IMG/VR virus record: IMGVR_UViG_3300026549_000030
Location: 32,001 to 96,000 of that record
Strand: one strand, 5' to 3'
Source of the DNA: a virus
Lineage: Duplodnaviria; Caudoviricetes
DNA length: 64,000 bases
In this document: one piece after another, positions 1 to 10,107 of the stretch
Numbering within the stretch: the first letter of the stretch is position 1
How the letters are laid out: every line of letters starts with the position of its first letter
Made by a program: the position numbers and the translations under genes
The notes under the pieces: generated by a model
The model's input: the letters and a program-made list of their open reading frames with translations, nothing else
The model's database searches: none
Told to the model about the DNA's origin: nothing

Positions 1-3000
1 TTGCTTTTAAGAATAATTTAAATGAGTTAGACTGTGTATAAGCTGTTGAAGAAGGTATGTTTTTACGGTAGATTCCTTCCTTACTAAACATAAACTCACC
101 GTAGAATACAGCATCACCAATATCACCATAATCCGAAATAAGTATTTCCGTATATAACGCTTTGAACGAATCAAACTTTGTCCAATGCGTATTTACATCC
201 GGCGTTATGTTATGCGAAGAATATGGATAAGGCCCATCCGAGTCAAGGAACCAATATTCTTTCACCGTATTCTGAACACCGTTTTCTACGGTTGTCCTTT
301 CATATGAAACATATGGAGCAAGAGTTTCAGTTGTTATATAAGTTTCTCCACTGCTATATGCCCCAGCTGGATAAAGCATTTTTCCTCTTCCGTTCTCTCC
401 CGGTCTTCCGTCAGCACCCTTAGGAACACTGCTTATCCTTAAATTTTGTTGATATAATATATTATCATAGTTAACCTTCACAGGAATATCTATCGCGCCA
501 TTAAATCTGTACGTGCTATCTACTCTGATATTGAATGTGCAGACATTTGCATTATATGTTCCATTAAAGGTAACACCTGTACCATATCCAAATTCCTGAT
601 ATGTACTGCTTACCGCTGAAACATTAAACACAACAGGAACACTTGCGCTAAAAGTAACCTGAGGGTCTGATTCAAATCTCACCGTTCCCGTTATAACCTC
701 CGTCTGTAAAGGGCTTCCGCTATCATTTGTTGTTATAACGGCATTGTCGGGGGTTAAGTAAAGGAATGATGGATCCTTTTGCCCCTTGTTTCCATTAATT
801 GAGTATTTTGCGTAATAGTTAACGGAATCGTATGTAACATTTATATCTACGTCAATAGGATTATCGATGTTAATCCCATCCCTCGCAATGAATGTGAGAG
901 TAACAGAACTATTTGCTGTTGTTGCACTACAGTCAAGCTTGTTGTTTCCATTAACACCCGTGATAACACCGCCAGAGAATGACGTGTTAAACAATTTTAC
1001 GTTAGAGACAGAAAGGTTAACTTTCGTATCTCCCTTTCTGAGAGAAATTTCTGTTGTACATCCCGTATATCCTGTAACGCTTGAAGGTAGGTCAAGAATG
1101 CCATCACTTCCAACAGGTATAAACGAATTCTCAGGGTCTATTGTAAGAACCATCGCATCGTTTCCGTCCTCTCCGTCGCTGACAAGAGGAATTGTTTCGA
1201 AATCGAGCAATGTACTTCCTGAGAACATATAGACTATAAGATTTTTCTTGTTATAATCTGCACTGGTTAGCGAGATTATCCAAGTAGTCGTGTTCGCTGT
1301 TTGCGCAACTGTAAGAGTCCCGGAAGGAGTTGGCTCAACCCCGAAGTTATACTTCACGGTTGTATCTCCCGTAGTGAGTTGTTCGTCATATCCGCTCCAT
1401 GTTGTGGCGCTTAGTACGAATGTATTCTCCCCGAATGGCTTATGCGTTTCCTTGTCAAATTTAACAATTCCGACGCTTGGTACAAGTCTATAAACTTCTC
1501 CGTCCTTTCCACTAGGAACGCCCGTTATGGTATAGATTGCACTTCTGCTATCACCACCACTTGAAACGGCTTCAACCTTAATTTCATAATGTTTAACTTG
1601 GTTGAATGCAAACCCAGCCGGAAATCTTATTTCAACTTGGTTATTATTAACCGTTGCAGCGGTTGCAACCTTATCATGATTGTTATCATATATGTACTGA
1701 ATCTGAGAATCACCAGAGTATATGTTTACACTGCTTATGGTTAATGCGGTTGTTCCACTATATAGAGATATAGTTCCCGTTGATGCCGTGAAAGCAACAT
1801 CAAGAACATCATCGTTTCCGAGCCCTATTGTGTCATGTTCATTTTCCAAGTCTATTGCTATAGAACCTGCCCCGTCCCTACCGTCATAAAGAACAGGAAC
1901 GGTTTCCTTATCAACAATCGTGTTGCTGAGAACATAGTAGAACGTAATCGAACTAGCTACAAGGAACTGATTTCCTACAGTGTTTCCTGAAAGAGGTATA
2001 TAGCCGCATGCTTCGGTTGCATAGTTTCCAGTACTTGCGGAATATGGCATCGACTTTTTGAATGTGTAAGAAATCTGTGTACCGTTATCAATCCATGTAA
2101 ATGTCTTGAATGTCGTTCCACTGTTTGCCGTTAACTCATTATAGCTATTATAAACAATATCAAATGACACCCATATATTCTTGTTATCAGCTTCGCTTAC
2201 ACCCTCTATTGCCAAACAGGTAATCTTGTTAACGTTAATAAACTTATCCGTTGAGTTACTGTAATACACCTTGATAAAGTCATCGGAAGGAACAAGCCTT
2301 GTGACAACGCCATCCTCGCCACTTTCAAGCCCAGTAATTGTAAACACCTTCGACATTGGATGTGAAGTACCATTTACGTTAACCTGAATATGCTTGATTG
2401 CGTAATCGCCTCTGAAGTCAATATGGTTATTTTCTCCCTTGAGCACAATTTTTACTTCTGCTGTCTTTGTGCTTGCAGTATATCCACTCACTAAGACAAT
2501 CTTATTATCATTAATAAGGGCTTGTGTGTTTGTATAATCTGAATTTCCGGAGTATGCACTTATTGTAATAGTGTCTATTGAAACAGCCTCTGTTCCATAG
2601 AACATTCTTACCATTGTAGAAGCCGTTACATCTGAATCGAGTGTTCCATTTCCTCCAATGCCAATTGCCTCAACTTCGTTGCTCAAATCAAGTGTAATAG
2701 AGCCTGCGCCATCTGCGCCATCGTAAATAACGGGAACCGTTTCTCTATCAATAATTGTTGTGACGGTATTTCCATTAAACGCAACATAATAGAATGTTAT
2801 ACAATTATCAATAATTAAATTTCCTGTATTATCGTCTGTTAGATCAATGGCAGTTCCGCATGAAGATGTGCTTGCTGTTGCAATGTCGTTATATCTGAAA
2901 ACGGTTCCTCCTGTTAATCCATCAGTTAATCCTTGTGCGGTATATATTGTGTCATCTTTTGATACAAGTATATTATCTCGCCCGCCAGAAACTTCTCCGC

Positions 3001-6000
3001 TTCCGTTATAAACTGAGCAAGTCATACAATCAATAGATGCTTCACCGCCATTGTTAACGCTTATAACATCCGCAGAAGGAACAATCTTGAATACCTGTCC
3101 ATCCTTTCCTTCTTTGAGTCCGACAACCGTGAAAACTTTTGACATAGGAAAAGCTTCACCGCCAGAACTTTGTGTATATCCGGTTACACTGATAAGGAAC
3201 TGCCTATGTTCTGTCTTATCATAGAATGAAATCTTGTTTTGCGCCGTTGCATTAAGTCCTATTTGTATTTTAACTCCAGACAAATGGTCTCTTGACGTCT
3301 TATAGTTTTTAACAATTTTAATTGTGTCGTTTCCTATAAGAGCATCGGTTCCATCATTTTGCCCCGTATTTCCGGCGGCAGACGCACCATAGCCAACCAC
3401 AGTCACATCATCACTTAGATTTCTAACATAAAGTGGCTCCGTTCCGTTATAAATCATAAAACTTGTTACAGCAGTCGTAGCTGATTCGAACATAAGGTCG
3501 TCCCCAACTCCAATCGGCTCAATCTCATTGTCAAGTTCCATTACTGAATATCCCGCGCCATCCTTTCCATCTTTTTGGATAAGGATTGTTTCTCTATCTG
3601 ATACAGGAATCATCCAATCTGTTGCCCCAATATATTTTGTAACAAGATAGAATACAACATACTGAGGATTTAACAAGTATTGCTGATAATTTGCCATATC
3701 AGTTAAATCGAACTCAGCCTTATTTTCAGTAGCCGTTTCTGAATTCCATATTAGCAATGTGCTACCCGTTATGTCGTCTACATCTGTATATGTTACACCA
3801 GTAGATACATATATTCTTGCTTCGCTAAAATATGTTCCGGCGCTAATCAATCCAAGAAGTTTCTGCTCATTATAGAATGGCTCAACAATAAGGCTTGTCT
3901 TATCAGCACTTCCTGTGTCAATTGTTCCTGTATTCGGGTTATAAAGAATAACATCAGTGCTTGTAATAAGCTCAAATTCTGCACCATCTTCACCGCCTTG
4001 AACGCCTGTTATTTCAAAAACAGCAGCCGGTATTGCCACACCGTCTTTCTTTGGCGTTATAACAAATTCTATTGTTTGGTCATATTCAAAACTTGCCCCA
4101 CTAACAACTTCAAATGTTATCTTATTCATGTTTGTTCCACTGAACACAACACCGATATTGATAGTTCTTCCGCCGTCAACAATAGTATCACTAGTGTGCC
4201 CTGTTGTTAACGTTTTTCCATTAATTTGATACTCATCAATATCAAGTATGGTGTGCCCGCTATTAACGGTTACAATAGTGAACTTCTCTACTGTCGTATT
4301 TAGAATCCAATCATTTCCTAGTGAAATTGTGCAGGTATCATTTGAAGAATGTGTACTTATTGAGCCTTCTCCATCCTTTCCATCTTTACCGTCTTTCACA
4401 TATGGAACAGTTTCCCTATCTATAATAGCGTTATTATGTATAAGATAGAATACTATGCCGCCTTCTGAGAACGCTCCAACTTTTACTCCCGTAGAAGGAT
4501 AGTCAATCATGTTTCCTGTAATACTTGAATATGGCGTAACGCCGGTACTATACTTAATAGTCCAACTACTTCCCGTTAACTCAGTACTACCGGCATATGC
4601 AACGCATGTAACCGCCGTTGTTACTGCAGTTAATCCATCGTCTGAGAACGAAACCATATCTACGGAAGGAAAAAGCCTATAAACTTCGCCATCTTCTCCC
4701 GTATGAACACCAACAATCGTATATCCAAGTGTAGTTGTGAAATCCCCATATACAATCTCAACCTGATAGTTCTTCCTTAGGCTGTTTGCTGGATTAAACT
4801 GTGTTCCGGCAGCTAAAGACAGCGTAATTTCAATACCCTTATTATCAGCCGTAACTGCTGAACTCCAACTTTCGTGCGTTGGATCACCAATCCCCGTCAA
4901 GTTAACTGATTGTGGCTTATACTTCTCTGTTCCGAATATAATATAAGCTGTTGTTTTGAAATCAACTGCAACATCAAGAGTATCGTCATCGCCGATTGAA
5001 ACTCCGTCCATTTCGTTTGTTAAATCAGCGATTATAAGAGAACCATCTTTTCCGTTTTCACCCTTTATTCTTGAAATTTTCCAATCCGGCTTATTTTCTT
5101 CGTTCAAAACATATGCGCCGCCAACAACTTTACATTCTGCAAGCCATACGGCGTTATTCTGAGGATTATCATACCATCCGTTGTCGTCAGGATTTAAATG
5201 TGCAACACCCGGTGCATCGTCCCTAGGCGAGGTTCTTAATGGCTTTGGCACATTTTCACATGTGTATTCTGTGTATCCACTATTCCATTCCCTGTCGATA
5301 TCTTCGCTATCGGCTGCAATAGTTGGCTTTGTCCAAGCCCATTCACTCTCCTTATTTGGAACCACATGTTCATTCTTAGAAAATTTTCTTGAAGACATCC
5401 ATATAACAGCTTCCGTATTACCATTTGTATCAGCAGAAGGAATACCATCATACCAATCAGAAGGAGAAGAAGGCACCGGCGCATAATATGTACCGCCTTC
5501 GCCCCTCCTTATTGCCTCATATAACGCCTGCCATTCTGCATTAATGGCTTCTTCATTTCCAAATAATGCGTTACTTCTTTTAAAAATCGTTGAACGATAA
5601 TCTGGTGAGGTTCCTGGTAAACCATCCTCACCGGCCGGACCCCTTGCGCCAGTTGGACCCTGAGGGCCCTGAGGACCACGCGGTCCCTGTCCGCCGCCGT
5701 CCTGTCCGTCTCTACCATTATCTCCCTTGTCTCCCTTCTCAACATACAAGTCATAATGGACAATCCATTGCCCGCTTGGAGTCTGCTCGTTGTTAACAAA
5801 AACAACCTTTGAGCCTTCCCCATATTCTACAGTATATGTGTGATCAAACACAATCATAGGGCAAAGGATTTCGCCCGTAGTAGCGTCAACGCAAGCGGAG
5901 TTCTCAATATTGAAGAAAGTGTCACAATCTGAGAATCTTGCGGTTCTTCCTGTGCTGTTGATAAACGTCATCATTGAGTTGAACGCCGTACAGTAGGCGC

Positions 6001-6187
6001 TCCTTGTCTTCGGAACTCTCGGTTCAATATTGCTGTCTATCACAGGCTCCGCTGACGTACCATAGCCAGTTTGCCCCGGATAGAGTCTCTTCTGAGTGTC
6101 TGAATCGTAGATAAAAGGATTATTTCCGCTTTCATTTATGATGTAAGCGTACTCCTTAGCATTGAGCTTCCATTTAAACGTTGACAT
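1..6187 (-). CDS. Giant tail-fibre-like protein (>2060 aa, 3' end beyond the window) with a collagen-like segment and about six tandem beta-rich repeat units
   Basis: ATG at 6187 reads MSTFKWKLNAKEYAYIINESG. The same frame is still open at position 2 (...PSSTAYTQSNSFKLFLKA). It is absent from the ORF track, consistent with no stop inside the window. It has a G-X-Y run, recurring DRETVP..DGxDG anchors, and a KFDSFKALYTEILISDYGDIGDAVFYG motif like those of Bacteroidales phage tail proteins. It lies at the end of the baseplate operon. Confidence 0.85.
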   Translation of the reverse strand, partial: MSTFKWKLNAKEYAYIINESGNNPFIYDSDTQKRLYPGQTGYGTSAEPVIDSNIEPRVPKTRSAYCTAFNSMMTFINSTGRTARFSDCDTFFNIENSACVDATTGEILCPMIVFDHTYTVEYGEGSKVVFVNNEQTPSGQWIVHYDLYVEKGDKGDNGRDGQDGGGQGPRGPQGPQGPTGARGPAGEDGLPGTSPDYRSTIFKRSNALFGNEEAINAEWQALYEAIRRGEGGTYYAPVPSSPSDWYDGIPSADTNGNTEAVIWMSSRKFSKNEHVVPNKESEWAWTKPTIAADSEDIDREWNSGYTEYTCENVPKPLRTSPRDDAPGVAHLNPDDNGWYDNPQNNAVWLAECKVVGGAYVLNEENKPDWKISRIKGENGKDGSLIIADLTNEMDGVSIGDDDTLDVAVDFKTTAYIIFGTEKYKPQSVNLTGIGDPTHESWSSAVTADNKGIEITLSLAAGTQFNPANSLRKNYQVEIVYGDFTTTLGYTIVGVHTGEDGEVYRLFPSVDMVSFSDDGLTAVTTAVTCVAYAGSTELTGSSWTIKYSTGVTPYSSITGNMIDYPSTGVKVGAFSEGGIVFYLIHNNAIIDRETVPYVKDGKDGKDGEGSISTHSSNDTCTISLGNDWILNTTVEKFTIVTVNSGHTILDIDEYQINGKTLTTGHTSDTIVDGGRTINIGVVFSGTNMNKITFEVVSGASFEYDQTIEFVITPKKDGVAIPAAVFEITGVQGGEDGAEFELITSTDVILYNPNTGTIDTGSADKTSLIVEPFYNEQKLLGLISAGTYFSEARIYVSTGVTYTDVDDITGSTLLIWNSETATENKAEFDLTDMANYQQYLLNPQYVVFYLVTKYIGATDWMIPVSDRETILIQKDGKDGAGYSVMELDNEIEPIGVGDDLMFESATTAVTSFMIYNGTEPLYVRNLSDDVTVVGYGASAAGNTGQNDGTDALIGNDTIKIVKNYKTSRDHLSGVKIQIGLNATAQNKISFYDKTEHRQFLISVTGYTQSSGGEAFPMSKVFTVVGLKEGKDGQVFKIVPSADVISVNNGGEASIDCMTCSVYNGSGEVSGGRDNILVSKDDTIYTAQGLTDGLTGGTVFRYNDIATASTSSCGTAIDLTDDNTGNLIIDNCITFYYVAFNGNTVTTIIDRETVPVIYDGADGAGSITLDLSNEVEAIGIGGNGTLDSDVTASTMVRMFYGTEAVSIDTITISAYSGNSDYTNTQALINDNKIVLVSGYTASTKTAEVKIVLKGENNHIDFRGDYAIKHIQVNVNGTSHPMSKVFTITGLESGEDGVVTRLVPSDDFIKVYYSNSTDKFINVNKITCLAIEGVSEADNKNIWVSFDIVYNSYNELTANSGTTFKTFTWIDNGTQISYTFKKSMPYSASTGNYATEACGYIPLSGNTVGNQFLVASSITFYYVLSNTIVDKETVPVLYDGRDGAGSIAIDLENEHDTIGLGNDDVLDVAFTASTGTISLYSGTTALTISSVNIYSGDSQIQYIYDNNHDKVATAATVNNNQVEIRFPAGFAFNQVKHYEIKVEAVSSGGDSRSAIYTITGVPSGKDGEVYRLVPSVGIVKFDKETHKPFGENTFVLSATTWSGYDEQLTTGDTTVKYNFGVEPTPSGTLTVAQTANTTTWIISLTSADYNKKNLIVYMFSGSTLLDFETIPLVSDGEDGNDAMVLTIDPENSFIPVGSDGILDLPSSVTGYTGCTTEISLRKGDTKVNLSVSNVKLFNTSFSGGVITGVNGNNKLDCSATTANSSVTLTFIARDGINIDNPIDVDINVTYDSVNYYAKYSINGNKGQKDPSFLYLTPDNAVITTNDSGSPLQTEVITGTVRFESDPQVTFSASVPVVFNVSAVSSTYQEFGYGTGVTFNGTYNANVCTFNIRVDSTYRFNGAIDIPVKVNYDNILYQQNLRISSVPKGADGRPGENGRGKMLYPAGAYSSGETYITTETLAPYVSYERTTVENGVQNTVKEYWFLDSDGPYPYSSHNITPDVNTHWTKFDSFKALYTEILISDYGDIGDAVFYGEFMFSKEGIYRKNIPSSTAYTQSNSFKLFLKA
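5612..5737 (-). repeat. Collagen-like Gly-X-Y repeat inside the fibre gene
   Basis: Translates KGDKGDNGRDGQDGGGQGPRGPQGPQGPTGARGPAGEDGLPG; locally GC-rich. Confidence 0.9.
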
Positions 6188-6196
6188 AATATGTGT

Positions 6197-9163
6197 TTAG
6201 TTTTCGAATTTTATTTCTAATATTGAGGTTGATGGCACAACCTGCATTAAGTACGGCATAACCGTTTTCTTGATATATTCCTGTTCCGGCTCGCTGTCGG
6301 TTCTGAACGTTATAATCAAATTTTTTCTGTTTACGACGGACGGTTCCGCATAAATCGTATTGTTGTCGCTGTTTCCGCCATTGCTTCCGCGAACGTCACT
6401 CGGCTTAATGCCGTTGTAGTTAAATCCTTCTACATATGACATTTGCACGCCCAAATAATCTCCTTTATAGTCCAGCTTAAGCCATATTTTCCCATCAGAT
6501 GCATATTTTTCGTACTTATTTGTCTGTTCATTAAGGATATAATAAGCATCGCCAATATTTTCTTCAGATGCAATAACCCCTTCACCCGCGCCTTCTCCGT
6601 AGATAGTGGTCCCATCTTCACTTATTCCAGTCGCAACGCCTTTATCTTCCATAAGGTAAAGTTTCTGCTGATTCAGACTATCGACGTCATATTGAGACTT
6701 ATCATAGAAATACCAACATTTCTTATTGTCAATAGCCGGCTCGGAAATATTGAATCCCTGATTTCTAATTTCAGGAATTATTTCTCCGCTCGTACAATCA
6801 TAGGCGTTATCTCTAAATACTTCATCCTCGATTGAACCTTTGAATATTTGTTTCAAATATTCGAAGAATTCTGCTCCGTCGTCATAATTATCAAATCCAA
6901 CGTGAGGGTTGTTTCCGCGATATTCGTCAATTATCTTCTCGAGATACTCAACGTGTGCCTTCGCTGCTGGCTCTGTAACAGGAAGCCAACCGTCACCGCC
7001 GATTTTGTCCAAATTTTCGACGTTTTTCAAAACAAAATAATTTGTCGGCTGCGTGCTTCCGAAATATTCTGAGAAATCTGAAATATCTGATACGTAACAA
7101 ATTGTACCGTTCTTACTTTCGTGAATATTACCAGGAAGAAGATTCTTCAATCCACCTATTGTCTCAGAAAGACTAAGATAGTTAATTGTCTCCGAATATT
7201 CTCCGCCTGCAATCTTTCCCCATCCGCCTTTCATTTGGAAATATGGGTTTCCGTCCATATCCTCAGCCGCGACGAACCAAGGAATTATCGTCTTCCAAAG
7301 CTGCTCTGTCTTTGAGTAGTACTTGTTTCCAACCTTAATCATTTGTGGGTCGGATTCCGTAGCGAACTGCGGAACGCTGGACATACTAACGGGGCTGTAA
7401 TTGCTGTTCGCAGCTATTTCATCGTAAACGTATCTTGGATAATAAAACACACTGACGGGAAGTCTCTCAACAGTATTATAATCAACCCCCTCAGGTGCGT
7501 CCGTCTCCAAACTGTCCCTGTATGCACCATATTTCTCTGCCGCGAGTTCGTCGCTTGCTGAGCAGTGCGTGGTTCCTACACTCTTAACCGTTGCGATTGC
7601 AATTTGCTCGTCAATACTGTAATCACCTTCGCCCGTTCCCTTAAATTCGTCTGAATGATAGCCGAAAAGCCCGAGAATCATTTCAATACCATAGCGGGTT
7701 CCCTTTCTTGAGAAAATTTGTCTGGTATTAATTTTTAAATTGTTAAGGAACTTTACATTCGCGTCAACGACGCCGTAATCCTCGTTTGATTCGTGAGAAG
7801 GAATCGTTGCATTGCTGTCGAGCGTATATACAGAACTGCTTACTTCCCACCCAGACAATCCGAGCGTATCGCTAAGGAAATAATCCGGAAGATTACCCTG
7901 CTGACTGTATGTTATCTTATTCGTCGCACGAACATTATCAATGTAGCGCTTGAGTTCGTCGAAAAGTCTTCCGTAAGCCCATAGAAGCCCCTGAACCTTC
8001 GTCGTTCCCTCATTATAATCGGAAGAATCCTCGTCACTGTCTGAGCGTGAGAACGTGATATCCATATTCTTGATAGAATCGTGCGTCATCATTCTCCAAA
8101 GATTATCCGTACGATAACTGTCATAGAAATCTGCAAGCGTCAATAAGTCATTGATATACTCTGTATATCTTACGGAAGAAATATCCAAGTTCCAATCGTC
8201 GTCAACTGGCCAGGTAAAACGTTTCTTGTATGTTTCAATACCGCGCATTGTCTCGTGCGGGAAATCAAGTGTAGCCGTGTACTTCGGATTGCTTGTTCTG
8301 TTAAGAAGGAGTTTCTCGAAGTCGTCAAGACTGTTGAAGAAAATTTCCAACTCTTCCTCAGAAGGGCGAACCCTGAAATTTTTCCTACTTGTAATGTAAT
8401 ATGGCTCTCCGTTAAACGTGAATCGTATAACATAGGCAGGAGTTCCGTCAACGTCTATGGATATAATCTTATCCCACGTTCCGTCCATTCCGCAGTAGTC
8501 TGGATTGTAGCAAACATTGTCAAATGAATCTACACAACCCTCCGCCTCTCCATTTAAGGTAATCAAATATCTTGAATAAGAAGTTTGGAAGTGTCTTAAC
8601 GGATTTGTTACGCTACTTTGGTTAATATTGCTTGAAAAGAAGTCGATTTCGAACGGATTATTGAATACATACCACTTCGGAACACCGATACAACAGGCAA
8701 CGCCTATCATTTCATAGGTTATGAACGTTTCCTCGTCTGTTGAATAAGCCTCTGCGGGAAAATTTTCGATAATATGCTTCACGGTTGACTTGATAAGTTC
8801 CGTACAGCTTCCGTAATACGCGTAACTTAGAAGAGTGGTGTTGTCGCTCTTTATGACGATTTCACCCTCGCTTCCTGCCTGTCCCTGAGAGGCACCTTCG
8901 CTGAGCGTCCAAGTGTCTGTCTCGCCACCGCTCGCCGTATGCTTAAGATATTCTCCGAACTTGTGCGCCCTACTACCTGTCTTGGCGTTGTTGAACGCCA
9001 TTTTGAAGTTGTTTTCCCCGTGAGCGAATACGCCGTCGTTCCAACCGCTAAGGTTGGTTGTGGTCATAAAGTCCCTTTCATAAATCTGCCCATTAGGGGC
9101 GTTTTTATGAAATTCCTTAAGCGTATAATTGCTTCTTGTGACTGTATATCCGTTCTTCACCAT
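6197..9163 (-). CDS. Baseplate wedge / tail protein (P2 gpI / T4 gp7-like core), 988 aa
   Basis: Motifs LPDYFLSDTLGLSGW and IFSRKGTRYGIEMILGLFG; C-terminal PYLMQVVPSTSIL; sits directly upstream of the fibre gene. Confidence 0.6.
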   Translation of the reverse strand: MVKNGYTVTRSNYTLKEFHKNAPNGQIYERDFMTTTNLSGWNDGVFAHGENNFKMAFNNAKTGSRAHKFGEYLKHTASGGETDTWTLSEGASQGQAGSEGEIVIKSDNTTLLSYAYYGSCTELIKSTVKHIIENFPAEAYSTDEETFITYEMIGVACCIGVPKWYVFNNPFEIDFFSSNINQSSVTNPLRHFQTSYSRYLITLNGEAEGCVDSFDNVCYNPDYCGMDGTWDKIISIDVDGTPAYVIRFTFNGEPYYITSRKNFRVRPSEEELEIFFNSLDDFEKLLLNRTSNPKYTATLDFPHETMRGIETYKKRFTWPVDDDWNLDISSVRYTEYINDLLTLADFYDSYRTDNLWRMMTHDSIKNMDITFSRSDSDEDSSDYNEGTTKVQGLLWAYGRLFDELKRYIDNVRATNKITYSQQGNLPDYFLSDTLGLSGWEVSSSVYTLDSNATIPSHESNEDYGVVDANVKFLNNLKINTRQIFSRKGTRYGIEMILGLFGYHSDEFKGTGEGDYSIDEQIAIATVKSVGTTHCSASDELAAEKYGAYRDSLETDAPEGVDYNTVERLPVSVFYYPRYVYDEIAANSNYSPVSMSSVPQFATESDPQMIKVGNKYYSKTEQLWKTIIPWFVAAEDMDGNPYFQMKGGWGKIAGGEYSETINYLSLSETIGGLKNLLPGNIHESKNGTICYVSDISDFSEYFGSTQPTNYFVLKNVENLDKIGGDGWLPVTEPAAKAHVEYLEKIIDEYRGNNPHVGFDNYDDGAEFFEYLKQIFKGSIEDEVFRDNAYDCTSGEIIPEIRNQGFNISEPAIDNKKCWYFYDKSQYDVDSLNQQKLYLMEDKGVATGISEDGTTIYGEGAGEGVIASEENIGDAYYILNEQTNKYEKYASDGKIWLKLDYKGDYLGVQMSYVEGFNYNGIKPSDVRGSNGGNSDNNTIYAEPSVVNRKNLIITFRTDSEPEQEYIKKTVMPYLMQVVPSTSILEIKFEN

Positions 9164-9164
9164 A

Positions 9165-10085
9165 TTAGTACACGTTCTCTATAACGTCCTTAAGCTTCTT
9201 TTCTTCTCCGTAATCAACATTTTCAGTCTTTGGAAGCTTGAAATCATAATGTACACCCTCGTTCGGGTTAACAATGTTGCCATAATCAGCCTGGTGGTAA
9301 ACACTGCCGTCCTTGTTGAAGGTAGTAATCGTTCCTTTGTCGAGATTTCTAAGCTGCGTTCCCTCGAGCATTGTAGAAACAGTCTCAATATCGTGCTCAA
9401 CCATTTCAATTTCCAATGCAATTGGGTTAAATTTCGTGTTGATAAGAGCAATTTTCTGATTTGTCTGCCCGATTCCGGGAAGACTGTTGCTCTTGAATGA
9501 CAATGAGGAACTTGGAGTGAGCGTACAGAAGATAAGACTGCTTGAATCGTTGAACCTGTACCTGATTCCTTTCTGAGAAGTGTCATTAAGGTTCTGCGCA
9601 ACGGGCTCGCACCTGTTATTTGAGGTTATAATCCTGTAATCTCCCGTCCTTGTAACGCCGTCCTCGCCGAAATACTCTACACGGTACCCTACAAGGTTTC
9701 CGTTATTTGTAATTTCCGCGTCGGTAATCGTTGTTGCGTCCAATACAATACCGCGGACGTTTGACATAGCCGCAAGACGGCAGTCTCCGTCAAGAATCTT
9801 TGTAAAAATTTCCTTTGGTTTTATATAAATTGTATAAATTCCGACTTTTCCGAATACGTCAAGCGGAAGCCTTAGATTGTACATTCCGGGAAGCGTAAGA
9901 ACAGGCTTGTCAGCCACAGCGGAATACTCTCCTGTCACTTCTGATAGGAGATTGCTGCTCAACTGCTTGAAGCTATTGAAATCAGCCGCCTCTGTACTAT
10001 ATGAGGGGCGGTAATGATAAAAAATATCTACATCGGCTGCAGTAATCTGCGCAGGCCTTTTTGTTCCGTAAGTTCCGTTTGCCAT
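9165..10085 (-). CDS. Conserved virion structural protein, 306 aa
   Basis: Long ORF in the structural operon with a TATTTAT motif just upstream; beta-rich. Confidence 0.55.
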   Translation of the reverse strand: MANGTYGTKRPAQITAADVDIFYHYRPSYSTEAADFNSFKQLSSNLLSEVTGEYSAVADKPVLTLPGMYNLRLPLDVFGKVGIYTIYIKPKEIFTKILDGDCRLAAMSNVRGIVLDATTITDAEITNNGNLVGYRVEYFGEDGVTRTGDYRIITSNNRCEPVAQNLNDTSQKGIRYRFNDSSSLIFCTLTPSSSLSFKSNSLPGIGQTNQKIALINTKFNPIALEIEMVEHDIETVSTMLEGTQLRNLDKGTITTFNKDGSVYHQADYGNIVNPNEGVHYDFKLPKTENVDYGEEKKLKDVIENVY

Positions 10086-10092
10086 AATTACT

Positions 10093-10100
10093 TATAAATA
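10093..10100 (-). promoter_or_regulatory. Putative phage late-promoter motif TATTTAT(A), representative copy
   Basis: Also found in intergenic DNA upstream of starts at 25592, 31539, 32179, 34431, 36682, 42148, 42735, 49831 and 55407. Confidence 0.6.
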
Positions 10101-10107
10101 GTTTGTC

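Noticed and set aside
178-5823. Short ORFs in the track (e.g. 867..1232, 5181..5486, 5509..5823)
   Set aside because: Antisense or alternate-frame shadows of the fibre gene with no recognisable motifs
1-6190. Apparent 6-kb gene desert suggesting stop-codon recoding or non-coding DNA
   Set aside because: Explained by one standard-code ORF lacking a stop inside the window. Other genes are long and intact in the standard code, and TAG and TGA both end genes cleanly.
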